Part shown: positions 9,538-19,580 of the stretch, piece by piece
Layout of the letters: each line of letters opens with the position of its first letter
Numbering within the stretch: position 1 is the first letter of the stretch
Source: Candidatus Omnitrophota bacterium
GTDB lineage: Bacteria; Omnitrophota; Gorgyraeia; JAFGHF01
NCBI GenBank assembly: GCA_020341815.1
Contig: CP070837.1
Location: 311,035-375,034 of the forward strand
Direction: 5' to 3'
DNA: 64,000 nt
Program-made: the position numbers and the translations under genes
Notes under the pieces: model-generated
What the model was told of the DNA's origin: nothing
Seen by the model: the letters and a program-made list of their open reading frames with translations, nothing else
Database searches by the model: none

Positions 9538-10163
9538 TGGCAAGATATAGAGGCGCACTTTGCCGGCTATGCAGAAGAGAAGGGACAAAGTTATTTCTTA
9601 AAGGCGAAAGGTGTATGACACCTAAATGTGCACTGACCAGAAGGTCTTATTCTCCCGGTCAACACGGCAAACGACGGGCTAAGCTTTCGGATTACGCCTT
9701 GCAGCTTCGGGAGAAACAAAAAGTGCGCAGGATTTACGGCATTAACGAGCATCAATTCAGATTATATTTTGAGAAAGCCGAAAAGACCAAGATGGTTACA
9801 GGAACAGTTCTATTGCAACTATTGGAAAGAAGACTGGATAACGTAATTTTTAGTTTAGGCTTTGCTGCTTCTCGCAGTCAGGCCAGACAAATAGTTAAAC
9901 ACAGATTTGTGTGTGTAAATTCAAGGCCGGTGGATATCCCCTCTTTTTTAATTAAAGAGAAGGATGTAATTTCCATCAAGAGCGATGAAAAGAAAAGAAA
10001 GCGGCTTCAAGAGATTATCAAGCTTACCAAAGATAGAAGCGTACCTGAATGGCTGAAGGTTGAGCCTGAAAGATTAGAGGGCACTGTTACAAGACTGCCC
10101 CAGAGGGAAGACATCCAATTTCCCATCCAGGAGCAGTTGATTGTAGAGCTGTATTCAAAGTAA
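9537..10163 (+). CDS. rpsD: 30S ribosomal protein S4
   Basis: [22 protein letters not shown] and LIVELYSK motifs. Confidence 0.99.
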   Translation: MARYRGALCRLCRREGTKLFLKGERCMTPKCALTRRSYSPGQHGKRRAKLSDYALQLREKQKVRRIYGINEHQFRLYFEKAEKTKMVTGTVLLQLLERRLDNVIFSLGFAASRSQARQIVKHRFVCVNSRPVDIPSFLIKEKDVISIKSDEKKRKRLQEIIKLTKDRSVPEWLKVEPERLEGTVTRLPQREDIQFPIQEQLIVELYSK

Positions 10164-10176
10164 ACCAGGAGGCAAA

Positions 10177-11160
10177 ATGGGAGTTAAATGGAGAAATTTT
10201 GAAATGCCGAAGAGATTGGAATGTGATGAGTCCACATATTCTGATTCTTATGCCAAATTTATTGCGGAGCCTTTTGAACGAGGATATGGCATTACTGTCG
10301 GCAACTCTTTGCGAAGGATATTGATTTCTTCCATAGAGGGTAGTGCCGTCACTTCTGTTAAGATTGAAGGGGTATTGCACGAATTTTCCAGTATTCCCGG
10401 AGTTGTCGAAGATGTCCCTGAGATTATCTTAAATATCAAAAGGCTCATCTTGCGCGCACACACTAAAAACCCTAAGACCATTTTTATTAAAATAGAAAAG
10501 AAGGGAGACGTCAAGGCCCGGGATATCATTACGGATGAGACCGTTGAGGTCATCAATCCCGATTTGCACATCGCTACGCTTTCTAAAAATACGAAGTTTT
10601 ATGTGGAGATGGAAGTGGGGCGCGGCAGGGGTTATGTCTCTGCGGAAAAAAACAAAAAAGAATCCCATGCTCTGGGAGTCATACCTGTAGACTCGATATT
10701 TTCACCGGTAACAAGAGTAAATTTCCATGTGGAAAACACCCGCGTAGGGCAGATGACCGATTATGAGCGGCTTATTCTGGAGGTCTGGACCAATAAAAGC
10801 ATGAACCCTAAAGACAGTCTGCTTTATGCCTCTAACATACTGCAGAAACACCTGGAGGTATTTGTCGGCTTCGGTCAGTTGCCCGAAGAAGAGGTAGCCG
10901 AAGAAAGCGAAGAGGATCAGGAGCTCTATGAAAAATTAAGGCAGCCTATTTCCGAGCTTGAGCTTTCGGTAAGAAGCGTCAATTGCCTGGAGGAGGCAAA
11001 AATCAAGACTATCGGAGACCTGGTGCAGAAGACAGAGATGGAAATGCTCAAATACAGAAACTTTGGCAAAAAGTCTTTAACCGAGATCAACAATATTCTT
11101 AAATCGTTATCTTTGTCTTTAGGGATGAAAGTAGACACAAAGAGATTGAAGAAAAAATAA
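10177..11160 (+). CDS. rpoA: RNA polymerase subunit alpha
   Basis: EPFERGYGITVGNSLRRIL, LSVRSVNCL and RNFGKKSL motifs. Confidence 0.99.
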   Translation: MGVKWRNFEMPKRLECDESTYSDSYAKFIAEPFERGYGITVGNSLRRILISSIEGSAVTSVKIEGVLHEFSSIPGVVEDVPEIILNIKRLILRAHTKNPKTIFIKIEKKGDVKARDIITDETVEVINPDLHIATLSKNTKFYVEMEVGRGRGYVSAEKNKKESHALGVIPVDSIFSPVTRVNFHVENTRVGQMTDYERLILEVWTNKSMNPKDSLLYASNILQKHLEVFVGFGQLPEEEVAEESEEDQELYEKLRQPISELELSVRSVNCLEEAKIKTIGDLVQKTEMEMLKYRNFGKKSLTEINNILKSLSLSLGMKVDTKRLKKK

Positions 11161-11165
11161 GGAGA

Positions 11166-11249
11166 CACTGAAACCACTGAAAAATAATCACTGAAACCAC
11201 TGAAGTTTTTCTTTCAGTCTTCTCAGTGATAATTTCAGTCTTCTCAGTG
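11166..11249. repeat. CACTGA-doublet palindromic repeat, copy 2
   Basis: Two CACTGAAACCACTGAA units, then two TTCAGTCTTCTCAGTG units, between rpoA and rplQ. Confidence 0.92.
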
Positions 11250-11258
11250 ATTACAAAA

Positions 11259-11786
11259 ATGCGCCATCGAAAATTTTCTAAAAGACGCATCAGTCGCAAA
11301 TATGGGCATCGCCGCTCTACATTGCGCAATCTGGTAATCAATCTTTTAAAATATCAAAAAATCAAGACTACGCCCGCTAAGGCACGTCTTGCGCAGTCTT
11401 CATTTGAACATTTGGTCTCTTTAGCCAAAAAAGACACGCTTCATTCGCGCAGACAGGCCTATAAACTGCTGGATAACAGGGCTGCGGTCTTGGAGCTCTT
11501 TTCACGAATCACTCCTTTATTTAAGGGGAAGACTTCAGGCTTTACCCGAATAATTCGCACCTCTTACAGGCACGGAGACGGCGCGCAATTAGTCTTTCTG
11601 GAACTTACAAATAAGTTGCCTAAGGTAAAGCCCCGCAAAGCTCCGCATGAGAAACCTAAGGCGGAAGTTAAAGAAAAGGAAGAGATAAAACCTAAAGAAA
11701 AGCTCAGGGCCCCTAAGAAATTGAAGCCGAAGAAATTTTTAGGAGGCTTACGCCGGCTATTTAAAAAGGAAAGAGATGCTCTGTGA
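11259..11786 (+). CDS. rplQ: 50S ribosomal protein L17 with a long basic C-terminal extension
   Basis: MRHRK start at ATG 11259, IKTTPAKA and GFTRII...RHGDGA motifs. Confidence 0.97.
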   Translation: MRHRKFSKRRISRKYGHRRSTLRNLVINLLKYQKIKTTPAKARLAQSSFEHLVSLAKKDTLHSRRQAYKLLDNRAAVLELFSRITPLFKGKTSGFTRIIRTSYRHGDGAQLVFLELTNKLPKVKPRKAPHEKPKAEVKEKEEIKPKEKLRAPKKLKPKKFLGGLRRLFKKERDAL

Positions 11787-11787
11787 A

Positions 11788-11897
11788 CCCAGCCCTTCCA
11801 AATACCACGCCTTGCTATAATAGCTATGGATAAAAGCAATAGATAAAAGGAAGGATGGGGATAAAGGCTTGACATTATCAAGAAAGGAAGGGCTGGG
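11788..11897. mobile_element. MITE-like TIR element, diverged copy C (110 bp)
   Basis: 12-bp TIR CCCAGCCCTTCC/GGAAGGGCTGGG flanked by TGAA direct repeats (11784-11787 and 11898-11901). Homologous to 29357-29465 and 31025-31133. Confidence 0.8.
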
Positions 11898-13063
11898 TGA
11901 AAATAGCCCGAAGAGTAACAGAAGTTGCTCCTTCGCTGACCCTGGAAATTACATCTTTGGCAAGAAAAATGAAAGAGCAGGGCGGAAAAATAGTTAATTT
12001 TGCCGCCGGAGAGCCGGATTCGGATACCCCCGAATATATAAAAAAGGCGGCAATAGAAGCTATCGAGCAAGGATTTACTAAATATACGCCCGCAGCAGGA
12101 TGGCCGAAGCTAAAAGAAGCTATATCTAAAAAGTTCAAAAAAGAGAATCAGCTAAGCTATTCCCCCGAACAAATCGTTGTCAGCTGCGGGGCGAAGCACG
12201 CCCTCTATAATATCCTGCAGGTCCTCTGCGAAAAAGAAGATGAAGTAATTATTGCCTCTCCCTACTGGGTAAGTTACCCTGAGATGGTAAAACTGGCAGG
12301 GGCAACCGCGCATATTGTGCAAACCCAACCCCAGAATCAGTTCAAATTAGATAAAAGATCATTAGCCTCCGCTATTACCAAAAAAACTAAAGCAGTTATT
12401 CTTAATAGCCCCGCAAACCCTACCGGCTCTGTCTATTCCCAGGATGAACTTGAGGAAATCTGCGCTCTGGCGGTTGAACGGAACTTTTATATAATAAGCG
12501 ACGAAATATATGAAAAATTTATTTTTGACGGAAAGAAACACATCTCTTGCGCCTCCCTGAATGAAGAGATTTACAGGCGCACTATAGTAGTCAATGGGGT
12601 ATCCAAAAGTTACTCTATGACCGGATGGAGAATCGGCTACCTGGCCTCACCAGATGAGAAAATAATCCAGGCAATAAAAAAACTACAAAGTCATTCTACC
12701 TCCAATCCCTGTTCAATTAGCCAAAAGGCCGCATATCAGGCTTTAGAGAAGACAGACAAAACCCAAATGCAAAAGATGCTGAAGAGCTTCCAGGAAAGAC
12801 GCGATTGCATGCTGAGGGGCTTGGATGAGATTTCCGGTTTATCTTATATAAAGCCGGAAGGCGCATTTTATGTATTTTGCGACATCTCTCAATTAAAACT
12901 GGACTCGATTACTTTTTGCCGAAAACTGCTTGAAGAGGCCGAAATAGCCGCTGTTCCGGGTGAGGCATTCGGTCGAGATGATTATATCCGTTTGAGTTTT
13001 GCTACAAGCAGGAATGAAATAGAAGAAGGCCTGCGCAGATTAAAGAAATGGGTTACACGATAG
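11897..13063 (+). CDS. aspC: PLP-dependent aspartate aminotransferase (class I/II)
   Basis: AGEPD, NSPANPTG, ISDEIY and SKSYSMTGWRIGY motifs. Confidence 0.9.
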   Translation: MKIARRVTEVAPSLTLEITSLARKMKEQGGKIVNFAAGEPDSDTPEYIKKAAIEAIEQGFTKYTPAAGWPKLKEAISKKFKKENQLSYSPEQIVVSCGAKHALYNILQVLCEKEDEVIIASPYWVSYPEMVKLAGATAHIVQTQPQNQFKLDKRSLASAITKKTKAVILNSPANPTGSVYSQDELEEICALAVERNFYIISDEIYEKFIFDGKKHISCASLNEEIYRRTIVVNGVSKSYSMTGWRIGYLASPDEKIIQAIKKLQSHSTSNPCSISQKAAYQALEKTDKTQMQKMLKSFQERRDCMLRGLDEISGLSYIKPEGAFYVFCDISQLKLDSITFCRKLLEEAEIAAVPGEAFGRDDYIRLSFATSRNEIEEGLRRLKKWVTR

Positions 13064-14304
13064 CAGAAAAAATACTTTCTCAACACAGCCGCAAGAAGGT
13101 CAAAGCCGGCGATACAGCCCTTTGCGATATAGACTTTTGCTTCGGTCAGGACGGAACCTCGGAACTTGTAATTGACAGCTTCCTGGGGCTAGGCAAAAAA
13201 AGGGTCTTTGACAAAGAGAAGTTTTGTATAGTAATTGACCACAGCACCCCCAGCCCAAGAGAGGCTATTTCCAACATCCATCAGAAATTGAGAAAATTCA
13301 CTCAGAAACAAGGAACCTTACTTTTTGATGTGGGTTGCGGTGTCTGTCACCAGGTAATCCCCCAGGCCGGACTTATTCTACCGGGAAATTTGGTAGTAGG
13401 TGCGGATTCGCATACCTGTACCTACGGAGCGCTTAATGCCTTTGCCTGCGGTCTCGGCTCAACTGACGTAGCCGTGGCCTTGGCCAGCGGCAAAAATTGG
13501 TTTAGAGTCCCTGAGACAATTAAATTGATTGTAAAGGGGAAGTTACCCAAAGGGGTAACGGCCAAGGATATCATTCTCTATATAATCGGGCAACTGGGCG
13601 CCAATGGCTGCACATACATGGCGGTAGAGTTTACCGGATGCGTTATTGATAAGTTAGGTATGGACGGGCGCTTTACCATCAGCAATATGGGCGTAGAGAT
13701 GGGTGCTAAATGTGCTTTGTTTTGCGCAGACGAAAAGACACTGAATTGGTTAAAAGGACGCACAATAAAGAAATTTAAATCTGTTTTTGCGGATAAAAAT
13801 GCCGATTATAAAGAGATTAAGGAGTTTGACATTTCAAAGCTGTCTCCTCAGGTGGCTTCTCCTCACAGCGTAGATAATGTAAACAATATCGATGAGGTTC
13901 TGGGTACAAAGATTGATGTGGCCTTTCTGGGGACCTGCACCAACGGCAGATTAGATGATTTGAAGGCAGCGGCAAAAATCTTAAGAGGAAGGCACGTTAA
14001 AAAAGGGGTAAGGCTGGTTGTAGCTCCGGCCTCAAAAGAGATATATTTAGAGGCTGCCCGCCTTAAGATCTTGGAAGTTTTCCTGGGGGCCGGAGGCGTA
14101 ATTTTACCTCCCGGCTGCGGGCCTTGCGTGGGTACGCACGCAGGCGTGCCGGCAGATAATGAGGTAGTCATCTCCTCGGCAAATAGAAATTTCAAAGGAA
14201 GAATGGGTAATCCGCGCGCTTCTATCTTCCTTGCTTCACCCTTGACTCTGGCTGCCTCAGCTATCGAGGGCAAAATAGCTGATGCGCGAAAATACAGCAA
14301 ATAA
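13048..14304 (+). CDS. Aconitase/3-isopropylmalate dehydratase/homoaconitase large subunit (LeuC/HacA type)
   Basis: GVCHQV, GADSHTCTYGA, GTCTNGR, CGPCVG and NRNFKGRMG motifs. Confidence 0.93.
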   Translation: MGYTIAEKILSQHSRKKVKAGDTALCDIDFCFGQDGTSELVIDSFLGLGKKRVFDKEKFCIVIDHSTPSPREAISNIHQKLRKFTQKQGTLLFDVGCGVCHQVIPQAGLILPGNLVVGADSHTCTYGALNAFACGLGSTDVAVALASGKNWFRVPETIKLIVKGKLPKGVTAKDIILYIIGQLGANGCTYMAVEFTGCVIDKLGMDGRFTISNMGVEMGAKCALFCADEKTLNWLKGRTIKKFKSVFADKNADYKEIKEFDISKLSPQVASPHSVDNVNNIDEVLGTKIDVAFLGTCTNGRLDDLKAAAKILRGRHVKKGVRLVVAPASKEIYLEAARLKILEVFLGAGGVILPPGCGPCVGTHAGVPADNEVVISSANRNFKGRMGNPRASIFLASPLTLAASAIEGKIADARKYSK

Positions 14305-14324
14305 AAAGCAAGAAAGGTGCCAAT

Positions 14325-15368
14325 ATGAACTTGGAAGGATTGTTAAAAGAGGCTCAGGCGAAAGGAGCCTCGGATTTGCATATTACCGAGAATGCACCGC
14401 CGATTTTCCGTATTAACGGGAGGCTTATGTCTACGGATTATAAGCATCTAACCCGCCATGACACCAGAAATATGGTTTACGGCATTCTTAATGAGGAGCA
14501 AAAGAAGGCCTTTGAAAGAGATTTGGAGCTGGATCTTTCTTTGACTATGCCCGGCATTCAGCGCGTGAGGATAAATGTACATATACAAAGAGGCAGCATA
14601 GAAGCAGCTTTTCGCCTGGTGAGTCTAAAGATTCGCTCGATCGCAGAGTTAGGCTTGCCTATGATAGTTGAGGATTTGGCCCGCAGGCCTTCAGGCCTAG
14701 TATTGATAACCGGACCTACGGGGGTAGGTAAGACCACTACTCTTGCGGCAATGGTGGATTTAATTAACACTGAACATGAGCATTTGATTGTAGTTGTCGA
14801 AGATCCTATCGAATATATACATGTCAATAAAAAAAGCGTAATTAAGCAAAGAGAGCTTTATTCCGACACACTCTCTTTTGCCGAGGCTCTCAAGCATGCG
14901 CTGCGCCAAGACCCTAATGTGATTGTAGTAGGAGAGATGCGCGATTTGGACACCATCTCTACCACCTTAACCGCTGCGGAAACCGGACACCTGGTCCTGG
15001 CCACTTTACATACACCGGATGCCCCGCAGACCATAGATAGAATAATTGACGTCTTTCCCCCTTACCAGCAAAAGCAGATAATGGTGCAGCTGTCAAGTTC
15101 TTTACTGGGAGTGGTTTCGCAGCGTCTCCTGCCCCGCATAGATGAGCCCGGCAGGATAGTAGCTACGGAGGTAATGGTGGCTACTGCTGCTATCCGCAAT
15201 CTTATCCGCGAACACGAGACAGAGCAGCTGCTCACGCTTATCCAGACCGGTTCTCAATACGGTATGAAAACAATGGACAAATCTTTAAAGGAGCTTTACG
15301 ATAAACGTATAATTTCTTACGAGACAGCCGTTTCCTTCGCTAAAGAACCTTCAGAATTCAAAAGATGA
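14325..15368 (+). CDS. pilT: Type IV pilus retraction ATPase (PilT/PilU family)
   Basis: ASDLHI, GPTGVGKTTT, EDPIE, LRQDP...VGEMRD, AETGHLV and AIRNLIRE motifs. Confidence 0.95.
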   Translation: MNLEGLLKEAQAKGASDLHITENAPPIFRINGRLMSTDYKHLTRHDTRNMVYGILNEEQKKAFERDLELDLSLTMPGIQRVRINVHIQRGSIEAAFRLVSLKIRSIAELGLPMIVEDLARRPSGLVLITGPTGVGKTTTLAAMVDLINTEHEHLIVVVEDPIEYIHVNKKSVIKQRELYSDTLSFAEALKHALRQDPNVIVVGEMRDLDTISTTLTAAETGHLVLATLHTPDAPQTIDRIIDVFPPYQQKQIMVQLSSSLLGVVSQRLLPRIDEPGRIVATEVMVATAAIRNLIREHETEQLLTLIQTGSQYGMKTMDKSLKELYDKRIISYETAVSFAKEPSEFKR

Positions 15369-15871
15369 AAAAGACCGGCCGCGCTTATAAATTCGGGGAC
15401 AATATCAGCACAGATTTGATTATCTCCGGCAGATATAAGTTCGCTATCCGCAGTATGAAAGAGCTAGCCAAACATGTTATGGAAGATGCAGACAGTAACT
15501 TTTATCAGAAAACAAGGAAAGGTCCTTCTTTCATAGTGGCAGGGTGGAACTTCGGTATGGGCTCATCCCGTGAACAGGCCCCCTGGGCCATAAAAGAAGC
15601 GGGAATTTTAGCGGTAATAGCCAAAAACTTTGCCCGTATTTTTTACCGTAATTCCTTTAATATCGGCCTGGCCTTAATAGAGTGCGATACCGACCTGATT
15701 TCGCAAGGCGATATCCTGGAGCTGGACATAGATAAGGGTTATTTAAAAAATAAAACTAAAAAAACGCTCATTGCCATAAAGCCGTTGCATCCTTTAATGA
15801 AGGATCTGCTTAAGTCAGGCGGGATTGTAAAATATTTTAAAAAGCACAGGGGGTTGAACTTTGGCGCATAA
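15365..15871 (+). CDS. Aconitase/isopropylmalate dehydratase small subunit (LeuD/HacB type)
   Basis: [21 protein letters not shown] and [14 protein letters not shown] motifs. Confidence 0.93.
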   Translation: MKKTGRAYKFGDNISTDLIISGRYKFAIRSMKELAKHVMEDADSNFYQKTRKGPSFIVAGWNFGMGSSREQAPWAIKEAGILAVIAKNFARIFYRNSFNIGLALIECDTDLISQGDILELDIDKGYLKNKTKKTLIAIKPLHPLMKDLLKSGGIVKYFKKHRGLNFGA

Positions 15872-16943
15872 AATTACGCTTATTCCCGGAGACGGTATAG
15901 GTCCTGAGGTTAGCTTAGCCGCTAAAAGGTGCATTGAAGCCACAGGAGTAAAGGTCCAGTGGGAGGAGGTGCCGGCGGGTGAAGAGGCTTTGAAGAAATA
16001 CGGCAAGGTTTTGCCGGATGAAACTATCGCCTCAATTAAGAAAAATAAAGTGGCTATCAAAGGACCGGTGATTACGCCTATCGGTGAAGGATACCGTTCT
16101 GTAAATGTCCAGATGAGACAAACGCTCAATCTCTATGCCTGCCTGCGTCCCTGCAAATGGTATGAAGGTGTAAAGGCCCCTTATAAAAATATTGACCTGG
16201 CGGTAATCAGGGAAAATACCGAAGACCTCTACGCGGGTATTGAGTTTGAAGAGGGAAAAAACGCAACACGTAAGCTCTTGAAAGACATTAATAAGCTTAG
16301 TAAAAAAACAATAGCCTCAGATAGCGCCATCAGCATAAAGCCTATCTCACGTAAGGCTACCGAGCGAATCGTGCGTTTTGCCTTTGAATACGCCATAAAG
16401 AACAAAAGAAAGAAAGTAACCTGTGTTCATAAAGCCAATATTATGAAGTTTACCGACGGGCTATTTTTAAAAGTTGCCAAAGACGTGGCCCGGGATTATG
16501 AGGGAAAGATCGAATTCGAAGATAGATTGATTGACAACATGTGCATGCAGCTGGTTCAGAAACCCTGGGATTATGATTGCCTGGTTTTACCTAATCTCTA
16601 CGGGGATATAATTTCGGATTTATGCGCGGGATTGGTAGGAGGCTTAGGGGTTGCCCCGGGGGCAAATATCGGTGAGACCTGCGCCATCTTTGAAGCCACT
16701 CACGGAAGCGCCCCTAAATACAAAGGAAAAAATAAGGTAAATCCTGTAGCAATGATTCTCTCCGGAGTAATGCTGCTTAAGTTTATCGGCGAAGAAAAAG
16801 CCGCCCAAAGATTGGAAGAGGCAGTAAAAGAAGTAATCAAAGAGGGAAAAAGAGTAACCTACGATTTAAAAGCGGATAAAAACGACCCGACCGCCGCAGG
16901 CACCAGCGAGATGGCCGATGCTATTATTGAAAGGCTAAAATGA
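15861..16943 (+). CDS. icd: Isocitrate dehydrogenase (ICDH/IPMDH family)
   Basis: GDGIGPEV, RSVNVQMRQ (isocitrate-type SxNxxxR), RENTEDLY, HKANIMK, NLYGDI and HGSAPKY motifs. Confidence 0.85.
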   Translation: MAHKITLIPGDGIGPEVSLAAKRCIEATGVKVQWEEVPAGEEALKKYGKVLPDETIASIKKNKVAIKGPVITPIGEGYRSVNVQMRQTLNLYACLRPCKWYEGVKAPYKNIDLAVIRENTEDLYAGIEFEEGKNATRKLLKDINKLSKKTIASDSAISIKPISRKATERIVRFAFEYAIKNKRKKVTCVHKANIMKFTDGLFLKVAKDVARDYEGKIEFEDRLIDNMCMQLVQKPWDYDCLVLPNLYGDIISDLCAGLVGGLGVAPGANIGETCAIFEATHGSAPKYKGKNKVNPVAMILSGVMLLKFIGEEKAAQRLEEAVKEVIKEGKRVTYDLKADKNDPTAAGTSEMADAIIERLK

Positions 16944-17875
16944 CACCAGGGATGAAGGTTGCTATAATAGGTGCGGGAAATGTTGGGGCGACTGCGGCCT
17001 TACGGATTGTCGAAGCAAATCTGGCCGATATCGTCCTTATGGATATCGTAGAAGGAAAGGCTGAAGGCCTGGCCCTGGATTTAAGCAGCGCCTCTTCTAT
17101 TGTGGGACATTCGCGTTCGATACTGGGAACGACTGATTATAAGGAAATCTCCGGGGCGAATATAGTCGTTCTTACCGCAGGACAGGCCCGCTCTCCCGGC
17201 CAAAGTCGCGAAGAATTATTATCAAAGAATGCTGAAATAGCCAAAGACGCCTCGCGAAAAATAGTTCAATATGCCCCTTCGGCAATAGTTATAGTAGTCA
17301 GCAATCCTCTTGATGTACTGACTTATTTGACTCTTAAAGCCACAAAGTTTTCCCCTGCCAAAATTATCGGCATGGGCGGGGTATCCGACTGCGCCCGGTT
17401 TAATATGCTCATCGGGAATGAATTAAATATTGCCGGCAGTCAGGTGCAATCTGTAATTATCGGCCCGCATGCAGATAATATGGTAATTTTACCGCGCCTT
17501 ACAACTGTAAAGGGTAAGGCACTTAACGAGCTGCTCAGCGAGAAAAAAATAGAAGAAATCGTCGGTGAGACGCGAAACTTTGGCGCCAGAATTGTCAAAC
17601 TCTTAGGTAAAGGTAGCGCCTATTACGGGCCCTCGGCGGGCATATTTGCGCTGGTAGATTCTATTGTCAATGACCGCAAGAAGTTGTTATGCGCTTCCAG
17701 TTACCTTAGCGGTCAATACGGCCTTAGCGATTTATGCCTGGGGGTGCCGGTAAAGATAGGAGCGGGAGGCATAGAAGAGATAGTTGAATTGGAGTTGACC
17801 GATGGAGAAAAGAGCGCACTTATGAATTCGGCCGCATCAATAAAAAATTTAATTAAAAAAATCCGGAGTATATAA
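16940..17875 (+). CDS. mdh: Malate dehydrogenase (LDH-like)
   Basis: IIGAGNVG, TAGQARSPGQSREEL, VSNPLD and GSAYY motifs. Confidence 0.9.
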   Translation: MTPGMKVAIIGAGNVGATAALRIVEANLADIVLMDIVEGKAEGLALDLSSASSIVGHSRSILGTTDYKEISGANIVVLTAGQARSPGQSREELLSKNAEIAKDASRKIVQYAPSAIVIVVSNPLDVLTYLTLKATKFSPAKIIGMGGVSDCARFNMLIGNELNIAGSQVQSVIIGPHADNMVILPRLTTVKGKALNELLSEKKIEEIVGETRNFGARIVKLLGKGSAYYGPSAGIFALVDSIVNDRKKLLCASSYLSGQYGLSDLCLGVPVKIGAGGIEEIVELELTDGEKSALMNSAASIKNLIKKIRSI

Positions 17876-17876
17876 A

Positions 17877-19061
17877 ATGCACGAAGCAAACAGAATGAAA
17901 AGACTGCCTCTTTATCTTTTTACAATTATTGACCACTTAAAAGACGAAGCAAGAGAAAAGGGGATAGATATAGTGGATTTGGGTATGGGCAACCCCGACC
18001 AGCCCACCCCTAAACATATTATCGATGAATTATGCAAGCAGGCCCGGCTTCCTGAAAATCACCGCTATCCCCGTCCCAATGAACCGGCAGAGATAAAATT
18101 AAAAGAGGCTATTGCCAATTGGTATAAGGACAGGTTCAATGTAAACCTCAACCCCAAAACAGAAGTCTTACCCCTGATTGGCTCAAAGGAGGGCGTGGCT
18201 CATTTATCTTTGGCTTTTTTAAATCACGATGATATTGCTTTGGTTCCTTCACCGGCCTATCCTGTCCACTTCAACGGCGTAATTATGGCCGGCGGTATCC
18301 TTTACAATATCCCTATGACCGAAGAGAATGGTTTTAAGCCGGATTTAAGAAGCGTAAATGACAGCGTAGTTAAAATGGCAAAGATGTTATTCTTAAGCTA
18401 TCCTCACAATCCCACCACCAGCGTGGTGGATTTAAGCTTCTATGAGGATATTGCCCGCTGGGTGAAAAATAAAGATATTATTATTGCCAGCGACCTGGCC
18501 TATTCAGATATAGTATTTGATGATTACAAAACCCCCAGCATGTTGCAGGTAAAGGGGGTAAAAGAAAAGACCATTGAATTTCATACGCTTTCCAAGTCCT
18601 TTAATATGCCTGGTTGGCGTATAGGCTTTGCTGTGGGCAGCGAATCCATTCTGGCTTCCCTTGCCAAGACCAAAAGCTATATTGACTTCGGCATCTTTCG
18701 TCCCATTCAATACGCTGCGGTCAAGGCCTTGAGCAGTTCCCAGGACTGCGTGAAAAAGACCGTAGAGATTTACAGAAAAAGAAGAGACGTATTCGTGGAC
18801 GGCCTCAATAAAATCGGCTGGCCGACAAAGAAACCCAAAGCCACCTTTTATGTATGGACACGCATCCCTCTTAAATACGATGCCTTGACCTCAATGGAGT
18901 TTGCCGAGCTCCTGGTTAACGAGGCGGGCGTGGTAGTTGCTCCGGGAATCGGATTTGGCGAATACGGCGAGGGTTATGTCCGTTTTGCCCTGGTGGAAAA
19001 TGAACAGAGGCTTAAGCTGGCCATTAAACGCCTGGAAAAAGTCCTGGCCATGAAGCCCTGA
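17877..19061 (+). CDS. PLP-dependent aminotransferase, LL-diaminopimelate aminotransferase/AlaC-like
   Basis: DLGMGNPD, LIGSKEG, YPHNPT, DLAY and SKSFNMPGWRIGF motifs. Confidence 0.85.
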   Translation: MHEANRMKRLPLYLFTIIDHLKDEAREKGIDIVDLGMGNPDQPTPKHIIDELCKQARLPENHRYPRPNEPAEIKLKEAIANWYKDRFNVNLNPKTEVLPLIGSKEGVAHLSLAFLNHDDIALVPSPAYPVHFNGVIMAGGILYNIPMTEENGFKPDLRSVNDSVVKMAKMLFLSYPHNPTTSVVDLSFYEDIARWVKNKDIIIASDLAYSDIVFDDYKTPSMLQVKGVKEKTIEFHTLSKSFNMPGWRIGFAVGSESILASLAKTKSYIDFGIFRPIQYAAVKALSSSQDCVKKTVEIYRKRRDVFVDGLNKIGWPTKKPKATFYVWTRIPLKYDALTSMEFAELLVNEAGVVVAPGIGFGEYGEGYVRFALVENEQRLKLAIKRLEKVLAMKP

Positions 19062-19084
19062 GTACGCTTAAAATAAGATTTCCC

Positions 19085-19122
19085 AAGGCGCCTCTAGATT
19101 ATGCTTGAGGCGCTTTCTCTTT
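19085..19122 (+). terminator. Putative intrinsic terminator
   Basis: AAGGCGCCTC...GAGGCGCTTT stem followed by a T-rich tract, just after the aminotransferase stop. Confidence 0.55.
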
Positions 19123-19137
19123 GGCAATCTTTTTTGT

Positions 19138-19166
19138 TTGCCCAAATAGTCAATTTATGCTATATT
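19138..19166 (+). promoter_or_regulatory. Sigma70-type promoter
   Basis: TTGCCC-17 bp-TATATT with an extended TG motif. Confidence 0.55.
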
Positions 19167-19202
19167 AGAAAAGTTCACTGTCAAAAAAATAGAGGAGGGG
19201 CC

Positions 19203-19559
19203 ATGAAAAAGAGTATTTCTTTAGCGCTGGTGTTTGTTATGTCTTTATCTCTGTATAGTTGCGCAACCTACTTAACCAGGACGAATGAGATGCGCGATAA
19301 ATTGGCAACAATAAGGATTGGCATGTCCACGCTTCAGGTAATTGAGATTGCCGGCCAACCCCACAGCAAAGAAACCCTCTTATGGGAAGATGGAGAGCTG
19401 ATTCAATTTTACAAATATATCACAGAATATACTCTTGACGGACCCGTTCTTAATTCTGACCTGACACCGGTTTGCCTTAAACAAGATAAAGTAATCGGTA
19501 TAGGACACAAATTCTATAAAGAGCGGAAGAAAACCGCAAAAAAGATTCTGTATCCATAA
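19203..19559 (+). CDS. Lipoprotein, DUF3192/SmpA-OmlA-like
   Basis: SD GGAGG before ATG 19203; signal peptide with lipobox LYSC; IGMS...V...GQP motif. Confidence 0.7.
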   Translation: MKKSISLALVFVMSLSLYSCATYLTRTNEMRDKLATIRIGMSTLQVIEIAGQPHSKETLLWEDGELIQFYKYITEYTLDGPVLNSDLTPVCLKQDKVIGIGHKFYKERKKTAKKILYP

Positions 19560-19580
19560 TTCGGGGGGGGAGTCCTGGAA

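Noticed and set aside
11226-11258. N-terminal extensions of rplQ, amaP (34469), adk (6780), dnaE (50735), rfaE2 (36809) and TonB (23762) in the ORF track
   Set aside because: Longest-ORF artefacts that run through repeats, promoters or upstream genes. Family N-termini and SD or overlap positions point to later starts.
11869-11874. TTGACA inside TIR element copy C as a -35 box
   Set aside because: No -10 hexamer at 16-18 bp spacing downstream.
19563-19570. G8 tract upstream of the MGDG synthase gene as a phase-variation site
   Set aside because: Short, intergenic and adjacent to the SD region, with no evidence of length variation.
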